Shown: positions 11,901 to 23,878 of the stretch, in pieces
Layout of the letters: every line of letters starts with the position of its first letter
How positions within the stretch are numbered: the stretch's first letter is position 1
Assembly (NCBI GenBank): GCA_950097015.1
Contig: CATNEN010000001.1
Location: 12,152,001-12,216,000, forward strand
Length of the DNA: 64,000 bases
Direction of reading: 5' to 3'
Source: Macrostomum hystrix
Lineage: Eukaryota > Animalia > Platyhelminthes
The notes under the pieces: model-generated
What the model was told of the DNA's origin: nothing
The model's input: only the letters and a program-made list of their open reading frames with translations
Database searches by the model: none
Position numbers and translations under genes: made by a program

Positions 11901-14900
11901 CTGACCACTCGAGTAGAATTTCAGTCAGTGATGTCTGCAAAGTTTCATTCAATCGAGTTGCAGTTCCGTGGCTCCGTTGGAATGCACAATGTCCAGCTAC
12001 TCACCAACATCTGGTCCTCATATCTGCCATTCACAGCCACCCTCCCCTCTGCCAATGAATCACCGAGAACTGTCACACCGTCGCTGCACTCAGTGAGTTC
12101 CGGCAGGAGTTGAGTAAACTTCTCAAACTGCAGCAGCGTTTCATTGGCGTGGATGCACACGTGGTACCTTGTTCTCGGCTGCAGCTGGACTGATGGGACA
12201 TTGATGAACTCCTGGCGTGTGAATCCGCCCGCAATGGCGCTTGCGTGAACTGTTGGTCTCTTCGGAGGCTCCAGAAGGACCCGATCATAGTAGCCCGAGC
12301 CACCGGTGCCGCTGGATGACAGAAGCGCCCACTCGTACTCCTATTCAAGTTTTGAATATTTTGCATTTTATTATTGTAGCATTAAAAACTGTGTCGACAA
12401 GTAAAAAGTCATGCACAGTTCTTACCAGGTACCTGAGGCGAGGCCATACGGCGGCAAGGTGTGCGCTGGAGTTCGCATAGTCGGCTTCATCCGCCTTCCA
12501 CAGTCCGTTCTTCACCAGCTGCACTGGTCCGATCGCGTCCATCACATTCGGACTGTCGATCAGCTTCGGGTCATACGTGTTGCAGTCTCTGAGCTCTCTG
12601 CTGACTGTCGATGACAGTCCAGCTTTGTTGAAGCATCGAATCGCAAGGCGAAGACATTTTGTCGAGCGAAGTGGCCACGGCAGCGTAAAATTTTGCGTCT
12701 GAAAATATGTGTAGTAGTTATTACAACGCATAAATAATTTTTTTTATTGCCAACAATTTTTGCTTCTAAACTATACCGACCCTGATGCTCTTATCGAGAC
12801 TGAATTCCGTCCAGTTGACAATGTTGCCGCCATCGTGTTGCAGTGTCCACTGATATCCACTGATGACTTCCTTCTCGGCGGATCCTGGCTGCTTGAATAC
12901 GTCCATTGTCACTGTGATCTGAAAGCATGGAGATAGGTGCCTTGTTGAAAAATGTTGGCGATAATGTGATTGCATAACGTGACGTGAAACATACTGTTTG
13001 GTTATCCGACTCTAGCACCGCACTCCACTGCCCAGCAACGGGTGCCGAGTGCAGAACGATGAATTCTGGTGACGTCTCAATCTCCGAGCACACATCGTCA
13101 TGGCAAAGCTTCAGCTCTGACCTGTACGCAGCTCCGTCAGTGAGGTGCAGGTTCGTGACGAAAAGTGTCTCGTCGGAGTGTGGGATGCGTCTGAAATGTT
13201 CCACTTGAAGCCAATCTGCAAAGCAAAGGTTTTCAGTGGTGTCAGAGGCATGTCAAGCAGATGTGAGACCTGTCCAAATCCTCAAAAAACCCACCGTCTC
13301 CTCGCTTTGTCTGCAGAGCCCAGTGAGCGTCGTGGAACAGCAGGTCAAGCGACGGTGGCGGCCTGGTCCACTTCACGCCTACAGTCGACAGAGAGCTTTG
13401 AAAGTTCTCGTTCAGCGAGCCGTCACTCGTGGGTCTCCAGTTGAGAGGTGCGAATCGAAGGAGAGGCTCCTTGGACTCGACGGTGACACCGCTAGATGTA
13501 GCAGAGACGCTGCCCACTGCGTTTTTGGCGGTGACTTTTGTAAAATATTTCTGAAAAATGCAAACACAAAAGCAAATTTTCGCAGAACTCGAGATTAAGA
13601 TTAAGATTGCATTGATGTTTCAGGTCACCTTTGCAATAGCAAACAGCTCACCTTGAGCACTTCCAACTTGAGTCCGTCGAACTGGTACCTTGTTGCACTG
13701 GACTGCAGAGTTACACTTGCGAGCTGATTCTGCTGAGAGTCCAGGACGGACACTTCAAAGCTGTCAGCGTACTTGAATCCACTCCACCTGGATCTCAGTG
13801 AGTCCGATCTCAGCTGATACTGGATGTCATGGGAAGTCTAAAAGTGTAATCGATTGCGGCAAAGGCGTTAAATTTTATTTAAAAGAGCTCATTTACAAAA
13901 TCAGCTGCTTTTCTAACAAAGACGAGTCGTCCCTCACCCCGAACATGAGCTCGGTGTTCGCACTCGGGTCCTCGTCCGTCACAAAGCCGATTGTTGGCAG
14001 TCGATTGTTGTGAACGATTGGTGCAGCAAAGACTACAGTTCTCAGCTGAGCTTGGTTCGTACACCTGATCGATACGTAATAGGTGTGATCACCAATCAGG
14101 TTCCAGTCCAGCTGGCTGAGCTGCAGAGAGGCGCAGGTCACGGAGCTCTGCGAGTGAGTGCAGCCCGGACCTTCCTTCGCAGCCTCGAAGTGGACAATGT
14201 CGGTGGAGTGCTCCTTGCTGCCTGCAAAGTTTCACCGCTAATTCTGTTGAATGGAAGGCAGAAATGAATTTCATGCTGGTAGATTCACTGCTGACGAGCT
14301 GCGCTTACCGACTCCGATTTCGAAATCGAGTGACTTGGACTCAGGGTCAAGAAAGTCGCCGGCATTCCAGCTGACCAAGAGGTAGTCATTGTTGGTGGTG
14401 ACTGCCAATGTACCGGTAAAGGTCGGCGGACTGGTGTCGACTGTCAGCGGACCTAGTGTCTGACATTTGACATTTGAGCAGCAGTTTGCGAATAAGAAAA
14501 TAGAAATTTCTTTTAAACTGAAGTTTTTCTATTTCTGATGGGTAAAAAGTTTTCGCGTCAAGTACGCTCGTACATAGGTCTTTTTTATTGAACTGGATTC
14601 TATATTTAGGTTTTAATTTCCTGAGCAGTCTCTGCAGCTCATTTAAAGTTTCAATAATATCTTTAAAAAATTGCTGTCTGAAATCTTACCAATTTCGATG
14701 AAAGCCCAGCCCTGTTCACTGCAGTTATTGTAACATAAATTTCCTGGCCGTCCTTTAAGTCGATGTTCTCCAGGATTTCTCCTGAATGCTTTGTTGCCAG
14801 AGGCTGGATTAGCAGAGACATTGACTCATTGTCGTTGCTAATTGTGACAATCGAGTGCCTGAGACCCGAAATATTGTCGAACGCTTCCCAGCCAATTTTT

Positions 14901-17900
14901 ACCTGCATCGATACCACACATTTGGCAGCTTTTAATAATTCAGTTAGAGTTCCCTTATTGTAAATTTTAGTCGAGAAAGTTTTATACCCTGTCGTCACTG
15001 ATGAGAAAAAGATCTGTGCCAGCAGCCTGAATATCTTCACAGAATTCACCTTCGTGCGTTAGCACGACTGTTTGGTTAAACTTGCTGCGATCCTTGGCAA
15101 ATATTTCGCTGTCTGGGAACACTGTGGCTCGGGCACTGCAAATGACGAAAAATATGAATATAGTTGCAAACTCGAAATAATCAGACATTTGCGAAGTTTG
15201 GCATACAAGGTTTATTTTGGAATTCACAGTTTAAACTCTGGCAGCAGATTACCTGCAAGTCGCATTGTCATTCAGCAGGGCTTGTCTTCGTCCGAGTTCC
15301 GTCAGGTACCACAAGTCGCGCGACTTCGCATCCACAATCAGTCCAGGACGCACCCTCAGCGACTCAATGCTCAGCTGGTGTACCTCTGGCTTCTGGTCGG
15401 TGATGACGACTCCATCGGAGCACACTGCGGCTGACGGCTCCATAGCATTGTTGTACGCAACCACTGTGACGAAATAGCGCCCGGTGCCCGGCGCCTCCCA
15501 CGTGGCCTCCAAATCCGTCGTCTCCTGCTGCAGCTGCGACTCCGTCATGCACGACACTCCGAAGCCGTAGCGGTACAGTCGAATGCCGCTCTCCGGATCG
15601 AAGAACCCGCTCCAATGGGCTCTCATGCGTAGGCCGCTCTGGAAGTCGACCTCTTCGGTACCAGGTGCGCCGTCGAACACGTGACCGGGGTGAGGAGCGG
15701 ACAGGTCGATGCTGATCTTGAGCACACTGCTCGCTACGAGCACAGCTCCGTTGGTGACTGTAAGTCGGATGTGCAAGTCGTGGTTGTGCTCGGTTGTGGA
15801 ATTGGTGTTGGGCGAGACCGCAAAGAAGGAGTTGTAGCAGCCGGTGGCCTGAGTGCAGTAGCAGTCGTCGGGCCTCTCAGAGTGCTTGCGGCAGAGCTGC
15901 AATGATGTTTGTTACATAGGAGCAAATTTTGTATTGCTTTAGTATTTAGTATTTCCCACGAATCTTTGACTAAATCCTTTCTGAGCCACTCACGTCTATA
16001 CTGTTAAAGTGTTGCAGACCTTCGTAATTCGAGTATAGCTGCACTATTTGATCTGTTTTGTTGTCGAAAATTTCCCACAAAACAGAGTACAAGCCGCTGT
16101 GAAGGTCCGAGGCAGTCCAATGCGCTCTGAAATTATTTTGATCATTGGCGTTTCCTGGCCAAAAATAGTATATTTCAGGTGTTCGCATGCAGCCATCATT
16201 CTCTAACCTGAGGCTGTGCAGATCCTTGCTGTGGTGAACGACGAGGCCCTCGACGCCCCTGTTTGTCAGGCTCAGCGAGCCCAGCTCGGCCGGCGTGGAG
16301 TCGACGTGCATCAGGAAGCTGTTGAGTCGAGTGTTCCCCATCACGTCCTCGCCGATCACCCAGAACTTGACGGACTCGCCGTCACGCCGATCGAAGCGGA
16401 AGCTCTGCATTTGCGCGTGAATGTTTCCAGTGGTGAGCCAGTTGCCAGCGTCCGGCTGTTGAAGGCTCCGACCGCCCTCTGCGTCCACTCCGAACTGAGA
16501 CGCAAAGCGGACCACGCCGTGAACATTGTCGATGGGCTGGATGTTTCGAGGTCCCGAAGTGTGGTCGTATGCGCTGTCAAACAGCTCCGGATCTGGCTTG
16601 ATGGGGAACAGGAAGCCCTGACCAGAGTGCAATTCGTTGATGAGGTTATCAGTCCACCTGAATGCGACTTCTCCATCGAGTCTGCGAAGCCACCACACAC
16701 CATTGTTGATCACCGTGTCGTCCACTCCGAGGGGATACCGAGCGTCTCGAGTGTCGATGCTTGACGTGTTGTCAAAGATGAAGAAGCGTCGAGCTCTACG
16801 AATGTTCTTCAGCGAGTTCTTTACGGCATCGCGCAATGTCAACACGACCGCATACACGGCAGGCTTGTCTACTGGCAGGTCAAACTGAAATGAAAAAATG
16901 GACTTATAATTGTCTCGATTTTTTATTAATTAATTTGATTCCTTATTTGAAGTAAAGATATTGTAGAACTTACATCGAAATTGAACTCCCGATCTCCACC
17001 GTTCCGTCGAGCTTCTTCGCTCTCATCGTTCAGATCGATGACTTCATGCTGCGGACTCTCCATTTCATTCTCCTGTAGGGCGCTGCCAACTTTGTGCAGC
17101 AGCTTTAACTCCACATCATACTTCAGGACTCCAGCGTGATCGTCTCTCCAGCCACCGAACCTTCCTTGAATGCGGTTCTGTCAAAATTTGTCGATTGTCA
17201 GTCGTCAATAGTGACGCTTCTATGCTTATTAAAAAATAAAAGAAATATCAACTTTTTTCCGCCATTTTTCAAACACAATGCGCAGCAATTGTTGTTTATA
17301 TTTGGAAGTCAGAATAGTGTTCAACTCACCTGCTTGGTGAACGCGGCGCCTAGAGTGAGCAGCTCCTGGTCGAACGGCTTGGAGCACGGTCTGACTCCGT
17401 GTCCAGCCACTGTGCAGTGGTATGGCTGGCTGTAATCGAATACGAACGTCCCGATTTGCTGGACCGACTCTCCGTCAAAAAATCTTTGGTGCGTGGCTCC
17501 TCTGGCGTCCAAGTCGGCCACCGTGACGAAGCCGCCATTGCTGACAGTGTAGGTGTACTTCACGGAATGACCAGACTGCAGCTGCCAACCAGCTGGAGGC
17601 AGCTGGTTCAGCCGGCCTGTGAAGGCCAGCTCGGATTGTTTCGGGTTTGAAGGCGTCACTCCAGCAGCCAGCAATGGGCCGATTGCATTGTCCGGAAAGT
17701 TTTCTTCAATTATGCGTTTTAATTAGCTTGCTGTTATGGGTTTTGGTCTTTTGCGTATTTGCAAGTCAATATTCTTCAATACTTACGAGCACCGGACAGA
17801 ACAAAACCGAAACTCTCCTGAATCAGTCCGAGCTTATAGCCGCTGGGAATTATAAAATGCTCACGAGTACCCGGACTGGACACAATTGGCTTGAAAATGC

Positions 17901-20900
17901 TGGTTGCTGACCAGTTGATCTCAATTTTCTTACTTGACGCTAAAATAGAGAAAGAAAATTTTTGGAAAGTATAGGAATATAAAACGCAACACTTTCTTTC
18001 AATCACAAAAGTCCTGTCTATCAACTAAGTATGGTCTCAAATTATTGCATACTATTACAACTTTATTGCTAAGCTTTGTAAATGCTCCGATGATTTGATT
18101 TCTGAGTTTCAGCTTCGACTATTTCTGTCACCGACACTATATTATAATTCAACATAGCTGATTGCGTAGAAATAAAGATTATTTAGTTACAGGCGCTGTC
18201 GATCTTGGTGTTGATGTAGTTGACGGTGTTCGGCGTACTGTGGAAGTCGACTGTCACGTCGTCCTTTGCTATTGAGCGAAAATAGTTTGGTCAAGCAATC
18301 CGATTATGAGTTTAGTCTATAGGTGCAAAAACACTGAAAGCGATGTCACTTACGCGTTACATCCGCAGGCAGTCCAATGGTTATTGAAGCAAACAACACT
18401 GACGGCTTCGTGGTTACTGCAATATTAATATGATGTAAGATTCGAATTGTGGTCGTGGTGCAAAATCGATATAGTATTTAGACTGGCGGTAAATATTAAG
18501 AGCGTCATACTTTTCAGACAGTTTCTAGCCCCGGGAGCTGCTGTGAAGCCCGCATCGCAGACGCACTCTGTGTGGTATCCGTCGCAAACGCCTGGGAAGC
18601 AAAGATTGTGCTCGCGCCTCCAGGAGCAGGTCTCTGCAATTAGCAGCATTGGGGCATTGTGTCTAATTTCTCTTTGCCCATTCGCCTTCAGTTTTGCAAA
18701 ACTAAACTCACTCACCAATGCACTGCTTGCGGTTACTGGTAAGAATATAAGCCCGGCCCTTTGGTCCATGGTCGTAGAGACACCCCTGGCAGGTATTGTC
18801 GTGTGGGTTAGTGCAGTACGTCAGCGCGCAGAACCTGATCTGCGGACAAACTGAAAACAGTTTTTTGAACAGATGGTTGGAAATATAATATTAATTAATT
18901 ATACAGAACTCATGATTAAAACGCACGGTCGCAACGAGGACTATAGTGCGTTGGATTGCAGTTTATGCAGTGGTCAGGACGCGCACAAGTGCCCCCATTC
19001 GGGCAGTACTGAACTCGGCCAAAGCATATGGCTGCAATCAGGATTGGTTGCTTGTTAGAATCGAAAATTGATTCTAGTGTATTTGCTACAATAATGAAAT
19101 GTAAATGTGAGAGAATCTCACGTCGATAGCAGCCCGACTCTCCGGAGTGTCGAGTCCAGCCAGGGCAGCAGTCATGGTACCATTCGTCAGTAACGTACGA
19201 TTTTAGTCTTCTGATCCACCACCAACCTGTCCTGTTTAGTGTTTGCGTTTGGAAAACAGTGCATAGAAACTCAATTCTTAAAACCTATTATTTGCCTGGA
19301 ATCCAGATATGTACTTATAAAGCGTTTGATTCAAATTAGACAGGAACAGGGGCTGTTTTGGCAAAAAGATTTCAACCTGCGATAGTTTTTTATAAATTCG
19401 TTGGTACTCGTATTACAAGGCTTCTATGGTTCGCAGTCAGTCTTTGGAATCATTAACATTTTAGACATCATTAACAGAACAAATTTCTAATCCTGTTGAT
19501 AGAATAAGAGGGATGTTATTAATGCAGATAATTATGAACCTTTTTGAGTGTCAAGTGGTGAGTGAATGAATGTAAGCGATTGACACTGCCAATGAGACGC
19601 TTACAAGAATTGAGGGTTCAAGACCGATAGGGAGTTAGTGGGTAAACTACTCGTAGAATAGCTTGGAAATGTCCATGATTTGCTATAGTGCAATGACAAT
19701 TTTCGGGGTAGAAAAGTGGACTTTTTTCAGACATCAATATTTTTCTTCGCTAAACAGAAAAAGTGTTGCATTAAAATATTTTTTAGCTTTTTATTTTTAT
19801 TTTGAAATTTATACCTGTACTACTTACTGATTAAAACAAGAAAGGAACAAGAGAGGAACAAGGTACAATTAAATTCTTTATATAGCATTTTTTATCTTGA
19901 TATTTTGTGGTGCAAGCCTATATTTTCATACTATCCTGTAAAATAGTGCAATACAATCTATATTTTTTCGATTTACGAGAACTTGCAAATACGCTTCAGA
20001 ACATTGTATTCGCTTGACTCAATGACTTGCGTACACGGCGAGGCGCATTTGCAAGGCTTACAGAGGTATAACGGTTTATCGAGGGGAAGCATAAATTATT
20101 AACGTGGTAGCATGACTTATCGATGGGGTAGCAGGACTTATCGATGGGGTAGCATGACTTATCGAGGTGTAGTGCAAATTATCGAGAGGGCAGCAAAACG
20201 TTTTGAGGGGAAAGCATGAATTATCAAAGGGTAAAATGAATTATCGAGAAAGAAGCATGAATGATCGAGGGGAAAGCATCAATGATCGATTGGGAACCAT
20301 GATTTATCGATGTGAAGCATGAATTATCGAGTCGGTAGCCTGAATTATAGAAAGGGTGGCATGATTTATCCAGGAAAAAAGTGGCGTGCTTTTAAAGGCA
20401 GTAGCATGATTTATTGAGGTGTAAAATGATTTAGCAAGGGATAGCATGCTTTATTCAGTGTGTAGCATGATTTATCGAAGGGGCAGCATAAATTATCGGG
20501 GGTATAAAGGATTATCGAAGGAGTATTATGAATTATAGAGGGGTAGCAGTAGGGGTAGGGGTACCCCATTCGATAAGGGGTACCTTATCGAAAGAATAGC
20601 ATGATTTATCGAAAGAATAGCATGATTTATCGAAAGGGTAGCATGATTTATCGAAAGGGTAGCATGATTTATCGAAAGAATAGCATGATTTATCGAAAGG
20701 GTAGCATGATTTATCGAAAGAATAGCATGATTTATCGAAAGGGTAGCATGATTTATCGAAAGGGTAGCATGATTTATCGAAAGGGTAGCATGATTTATCG
20801 AAAGGGTAGCATGATTTATCGAAAGGGTAGCATGATTTATCGAAAGGGTAGCATGATTTACCGAAAGAATAGCATGATTTATCGAAAGGGTAGCATGATT

Positions 20901-22251
20901 TATCGAAAGGGTAGCATGATTTATCGAAAGAATAGCATGATTTATCGAAAGGGTAGCATGATTTATCGAAAGAATAGCATGATTTATCGAAAGGGTAGCA
21001 TGATTTATCGAAAGGGTAGCATGATTTATCGAAAGGGTAGCATGATTTATCGAAAGGGTAGCATGATTTATCGAAAGGGTAGCATGATTTATCGTAATAA
21101 TAGCATGATTTATCGTAATAATAGCATGATTAATCGATAGAGTAGCAGTTTGACATACTGAAAAACGTTTGTACTTGAACAGACTGGGCTTTTATATTTC
21201 TCAATGTTAGCGAGACCTCTCCTCCTCCTTTCTATCCCTGAAAACTGCAGCCTATATATTTTCAACCCTTGTCTCGACTTCGATCAAAATGCCGCTTTCT
21301 TTGCATCTAGCTCCAAAGTTTATCGGTATCTACTTGTGTTTTGCAGAATGCAGTTCAAATTTAAGCACCAGTTTTGCTACTGCTTCTTTTTCTTGTAATC
21401 TTCAATTATCCACAGTTAAAAACATAGGTAACTGTTTGTTCTTATTTTTCTTTTTTTAGGTTTTTTTGGGTACAATTAACTGTCAATAGTAAGCTCTTTT
21501 GATTGGCCACTGTCAAAGCAAATGTTTGTTAGCTTTATTAGTCTTCTCGCTCTGAGAAAAAATAGAATATAAAGCAAAATTATCGAGGGGGGCAGCATAA
21601 ATTATTGAGGGGGTCGGATTTATCGAGGAAATAGGTAGCGTGTTTTTAGGGGGGTGGCATAGTTGCTAGTTTGGTTTCTAAAGTTTGGCACAGAGGCCGA
21701 TGTTTCTTGTAAAATTATCTCCCTGATTGAGCCGAATGGAGTCCTTACACTTTAAGAGATAATTGACTTCATTTTCTACATCTGAGCGACACTTTGTGCA
21801 GATCCTATCATCGTAGGGAATTCTAGGTCTGTCTTACAGTCCATGCATGTTCCAAATAACTGATTAATCATTTTTCGCAAACCCGACAACTTGAAACGAA
21901 AAACAAACTTTACACTAATTGAAACTTACCTTCGATAGTACTGCGTCACGTGCCGGTGATATCTGCACAAGTTGTTCCTAGTCAACCTGTGTTCAATTCT
22001 GGTGGTGTTGACCCGCTCGCCCAGAATATCAGCCGAGGCGTATTCATAGTCGTCGTGTCCACTTGACAGCGGCTCGAAGTCGAGGTCGTCCGCGTCGGGA
22101 ATCATCGTCTCATTGAAGCCCAGGCAGCAGCTACCAACCAAGCAAGGGTCAACTAGAGACAATGGTATCTTTCTTTAGGATATAAACTAGAACTCAGACA
22201 AGTGACTCACCAGAAAGCCAAAGACAACAGAATTAAGCGAACCAATAGCAT
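5968..22251 (-). CDS. Paralogue A: giant secreted EMI/EGF-like/FN3-like-repeat protein with a DUF642/CBM-like domain (about 36 exons, roughly 3,400 aa)
   Basis: Hand-spliced exons: 22211-22251 (MLLVRLILLSLAF, signal), 21930-22130, 19122-19231 (CCPGW of EMI), 18927-19031 (EGF-like CPNGGTC), then about 30 further exons with GT-AG sites to the last exon 5968-6236 (..YQEVVV*). Recurrent motifs DTSPP/DRSPP/DLTPP-x2-G-x-V and W-x-(G/D)F-x-D-P-(E/H)-S-G. No transmembrane segment seen. Confidence 0.88.
7561..8010 (-). other. Galactose-binding-like (DUF642/CBM4_9-type) domain within paralogue A; B copy at about 26079-26528
   Basis: Begins NPSFE, then W..G..AVDG..L.L.G.VSQTLTTEAGSRYRLQ..W....FYFTA.S.ESTITIES..G.AID.VS, the pattern typical of this beta-sandwich family. 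Confidence 0.7.
20073..21135 (+). repeat. 21-bp minisatellite AGCATGATTTATCGAAAG(GG/AA)T in intron 2 of paralogue A
   Basis: Homogeneous array at about 20590-21135, degenerate units at about 20073-20550 and again at about 21575-21660. Confidence 0.95.
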
Positions 22252-23878
22252 GACGGACGTCCAACTTGTGTCCGTCAGTTGGAATTGTTCTGCTTTGAGA
22301 TGAAAAACTAAATCAGTAGTATGAACTAAATCAATAAAAAATTCGCTGTTGTTCTGGATTGGTCTGTCTACTAATTTTGTGAAAACTTTGTTTTTTTTGC
22401 CACCCTATCTTGAAAAGACACAGTGAGATCTTATCCTTTTTAAAGTAATGAATACCTTATTTTCGTCTAGCTGATAATCACTCTCAGATTGGAGAAGCTC
22501 GAGATTTAAAAAATATTTTATTACTGTTTTCTTAACGATCAGAAACATTTTATTCAGGTCCAACAAGACGGCACGATAGAACTTTAGTGGCCTATCTGTA
22601 AACAATCTTTCGGCTTCTGTGCCCGATTCTTTTAGTGCAAAAACGACTTGCCTTCAACTTTTCGCTGCGGCCTGAGGCTATGTGCTGACACGGGAAGACA
22701 CATTACTGCCTACCGCTGCTCTCCAAAGCTTTAACTAAATTTTACTAATCAAGACCTTCGTTATCACAGCTGCTGCTGGTGGCACTGGAGTCGCGCTTTT
22801 GTCCCTCGAGACTAATCTAAAAGTACAGTGACACGGGCACGTGTGGGATTGCACGTCGCGACATTCGCGCCATATCTACAGGCCAAGTTTTATCACATTT
22901 TGAGCATACCAGCTTTTTCTGTCACTAGTATTGGTCTTCGATTCCGTATACAGTTGTTAGAAAACTTAGCAAAGAATTTGTTTAAAATTTCAGTAAAGTC
23001 TAAACGCAATTAGAGCTCAGATTAACTCGTTTAGTCTTCTGCTGGACTCTATCATGAGATCTCAAACTTTTTAAATAGTTGTACTTTCTAAAAGGTTAAT
23101 ATAATAGGGCTTGAAATGTTACAGTGTCTATCAGTCTCTGCATTCTGATTAGAATCTATAAAACGAATAGTGAGTCAATAATAAGCTGATCTTTGCAATC
23201 TGGATTCACAAAGCTCCCGAAAATGTTTTCCAGAATTAGACACGTTTGCTAAAAGGAATACATTTCCCTTCCGGAATTTAAACGGCTTAGTCGCAGGCTC
23301 GTGTAGACTAGAAAATCCCCGTCGTGAAATTAAATTGCAAAAATCTAATTTCTAAACCTTTAATTTTGTCTTTAGAAAGTAAAAAATCATATTTTTATCA
23401 AATAGAAAACTAAATGACAACGACTTTTTTCTGACTTGTGGAACTGGTGCTGAACAACTTTGATGTACTTCTTGAAAAGTCTGTTCTATTTGAATTTCAC
23501 CCGATCTTTCAAAGTCCAGTTTTTCTACATTTCAAAACAATAGTTTTCCTACAGCGTGTGCATGCGATCCTTATTATGATGTAAAAACAGCGAATAAAAA
23601 AATTATTTCTAATACCAAAACTATCCGGCAAATCACAGAAAACATGCTTTTCAAATTTTATTATACATAATGGTCGTCATCACATAACGATCCGAATCAA
23701 GGTGCATTCTTAGAAATGTTTTTTATCATGAACGCAATTAATTTGCCCGACGCCAACAAACCTTCCCACTGTCTAATTTCCATTTAAAAACTGTAAAAAA
23801 GTACTTCGAAAACAAAATACGAGTGCATGAACTAGAGATTGTAAAGTTCAGAAAAAATCAAGGTAAAGTAAATTATTT

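Noticed and set aside
13296-13304. RGD tripeptide in A (B copy at 32601-32609)
   Set aside because: About one RGD is expected by chance in a protein this long, and A/B conservation is uninformative inside a converted tract.
5968-17672. cDNA-mediated conversion as the cause of exon-limited A/B identity
   Set aside because: Several tracts include whole introns or extend about 20 nt into introns, so the donor was genomic DNA.
20601-21140. ORF of MIYRKGS repeats
   Set aside because: Stop-free reading of an intronic 21-bp minisatellite, antisense to gene A.
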